NCBI GenBank assembly: GCA_965214925.1 | Contig: OZ244028.1 | Location: 2,361,960-2,425,959 of the forward strand | Source of the DNA: Candidatus Latescibacterota bacterium | GTDB taxonomy: Bacteria; Latescibacterota; UBA2968 | Direction: 5' to 3' | DNA: 64,000 nucleotides | Shown: one piece after another, positions 62,121-64,000 of the stretch | Numbering within the stretch: position 1 is the stretch's first letter | How the letters are laid out: each line of letters opens with the position of its first letter | Position numbers and translations under genes: made by a program | Notes under the pieces: generated by a model | Databases searched by the model: none | What the model saw: the letters and a program-made list of their open reading frames with translations, nothing else | Told to the model about the DNA's origin: nothing

Positions 62121-62300
62121 TTAGATATCTCGCCGCACGGGAGGAGCCAAGATGGTTCTGGCACTTTTATCCTGTTTCTGCTTGGCATTTTTCACGATGC
62201 GATCAATGTCGAAATCCATAGACTTCGCCAGCGCAACCTTGATCCGTCGCGTTTCTCGGATAACCTCGTCTGTGGTTTCTTCTTTGCCGATCTGCCTCAT
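62121..62300 (-). CDS. Small putative antitoxin
   Basis: DEVIRETRRIK..LA...DFDID pattern directly downstream of a PIN toxin remnant. Confidence 0.55.
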   Translation of the reverse strand: MRQIGKEETTDEVIRETRRIKVALAKSMDFDIDRIVKNAKQKQDKSARTILAPPVRRDI

Positions 62301-62457
62301 AGCGCAATCTCCAAGTAATTCTTCGGGCGTACAGAGAATTGGCAATTCGCAACCGCTTGTGAGTGATCTGTTGCCGTGCTGCTTGAAGCAGATCGCGACT
62401 GAGCCATGCTGCCAAGTAGCTTGGGATAGTAGTTTCAATATAAACACGTTTCTTCAC
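62300..62457 (-). pseudogene. PIN/VapC toxin with internal deletion
   Basis: VYIETTIPSYL N-terminus joined out of frame to the PILCTPEEL C-terminus. Confidence 0.75.
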
Positions 62458-62796
62458 TTTGAAAGTACCTTTAGATCGAGACTATGAGCAAGTGAAAAGG
62501 GGATAAGTAACTTCGGTCAATAATGATCTCTTAATCGGTAAGATAGCACAATGAAACGAAAAAAAATATACTCAATAGCTCGACATTTTCAAGCTCTTGT
62601 CTTATTAAAAACCCGAGTTCATTGCGAACTCGGGCTTGTGTCTTGTGACAAAGTAACAACTCAAAGCATGTGCCGCAATGAATTTATGCGGTAAGAAAAC
62701 GCTCCAACATCGTAACATGCCGGGGCGTCCTTGTGAACTCACAATCCAAAACCGATAGAGGCTTGCCTCCGGGGCATTCATTGAGTGTTCCTAACC

Positions 62797-63447
62797 TTAG
62801 TCGGAATTGTTATTATCCAAGTCGAAGTCATCGGCTATTTCGCTGGATGGTGGAGAGCTCACCTCCTCGCCAAAGTCACTGGCAAAGATCACAAAATCGC
62901 CAAAGCCAACCTCCCCATCACCATCCAAATCGAACTTGGCATTAAAATTTCCCTCGCCACTTCGCGTCCCGAACGCGCCAGCGAATTGCACGAAATCGCT
63001 AAAGCCAACCTCGCCATCCCCGTCAAAGTCGGGCGAAGGAGCAGCAGGACCTGACTGCAACTCGACACTCGCATTCAGCATCACGCGCTCAAATTGCCCA
63101 CCCCGGCCAAGCTCACCACGCACCAGACGAATCGATGTGCCCGAAAACGACGCGGTGGTGCGAAAGCGAATCGTGCCCTCTTCGGGAAGCACTTGGGCAT
63201 TGGGCAACACATTGCCCACATCAAATCCCTCGTAAGCCACCTGATTCGCGTCGTATTCAAAGCGAGTAGCGAGACCATTCGCATTTTGAATATCCCTACC
63301 AAAGATCTGAATGGCAACACTTTGATCGGCAGACACATTCAAAGACGTGACCGATTGATCGTTTGCTGCATCATCTACATCCAGCGACAGGGGGTGATTC
63401 AACAGCGCGATGACAATGACGGCAAAAGTCGTGATACGTTGATGCAT
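62797..63447 (-). CDS. Secreted cohesin-like + EF-hand/dockerin-like protein (possibly deleted or truncated)
   Basis: Signal peptide, beta-sandwich-like segment, DFDGDGEVGFSDF and DLDGDGEVGFGDF, abrupt end. Confidence 0.6.
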   Translation of the reverse strand: MHQRITTFAVIVIALLNHPLSLDVDDAANDQSVTSLNVSADQSVAIQIFGRDIQNANGLATRFEYDANQVAYEGFDVGNVLPNAQVLPEEGTIRFRTTASFSGTSIRLVRGELGRGGQFERVMLNASVELQSGPAAPSPDFDGDGEVGFSDFVQFAGAFGTRSGEGNFNAKFDLDGDGEVGFGDFVIFASDFGEEVSSPPSSEIADDFDLDNNNSD

Positions 63448-63606
63448 GGTCTCCCCCCCTGGTGGTTAAAGTGTTTTGCCCGCGTTTCCTGTGCAGGTCG
63501 CTCGCATTGACCATTTTTACCTCTCGCGCCTGTCTGCCAATACCTGCCTGCTATCAGGCAGGGGTAGGGCAGATAGGGCTGAAAGCTGAAAACTGACCGC
63601 TGATTT

Positions 63607-64000
63607 TCAATTGTTTATCGCCTGTTGCGCCGCATCTAAGAAAGTTTCGTAGCTCCGCGAACCAACGAATCGGCGGACGATCACGCCTTTGGCGTCAAGG
63701 AACAGCGAAGTGGGAATGCCCGAGACCTCATAATCACTGCTCACTTCTCCTGTCGAGTCAAGCACAAATGTCCATGTGAAGCCACCTCTTTGGACAAAAC
63801 CCCGCACAGTGGAAACCGATTCACGCATGTCAATGCCCACAATCTGAATGTGATCGCCCATGGTCTGTTGCAGCCTTTCAATGTCGGGCATTTCGGCAAT
63901 ACAGGGACCACACCACGTTGCCCAGAAGTTGAGAAACACGGGTTTGCCGCGTTTCTCATAGAGGTTGAAACGCTCGCCGGCGAGGGACCTCAGCGTAAAA
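63607..64000 (-). CDS. TlpA-family thiol-disulfide oxidoreductase (5' truncated by window)
   Basis: LNFWATWCGPC, GIPTS; frame open to the window end. Confidence 0.9.
   Translation of the reverse strand, partial: FTLRSLAGERFNLYEKRGKPVFLNFWATWCGPCIAEMPDIERLQQTMGDHIQIVGIDMRESVSTVRGFVQRGGFTWTFVLDSTGEVSSDYEVSGIPTSLFLDAKGVIVRRFVGSRSYETFLDAAQQAINN

Overview
A 64-kb bacterial chromosomal window. The EF-hand/dockerin-like secreted proteins, sulfatases and TPR-ExbB-ExbD-ExbD-TonB-TPR cluster suggest a Latescibacterota/Gemmatimonadota-like lineage (inference). Most of it is housekeeping and catabolic genes (proS, glnS, three tRNAs, hsp20-clpB, mdh, rplU-rpmA, rne/rng, moeA, nth, guaB, oxidoreductases, sulfatases, ABC exporters), interspersed with REP-like palindromes, heptamer microsatellites and internally deleted gene remnants. 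The main accessory region is an ~11-kb Type I restriction-modification island (hsdM ... hsdS ... hsdR, 25882-36661) bracketed by ~100-bp imperfect direct repeats. Between hsdM and hsdS sits a self-promoted, two-gene bacterial ubiquitin-like conjugation module: a Ubl-E2 fusion with no cysteine and no Gly at the Ubl end, translationally coupled to a JAB-E1(ThiF) fusion lacking the usual catalytic Cys, facing a DUF2971-like gene. Also notable: a stand-alone PLD-nuclease/P-loop gene, a glaH+sulfatase segment bounded by perfect 19-bp inverted repeats with a CTA duplication, a four-unit repeat array behind a truncated AlbA_2 gene, and a 27-copy heptamer inside the predicted tRNA-Gln leader. All calls come from reading motifs by eye; no database searches were run.
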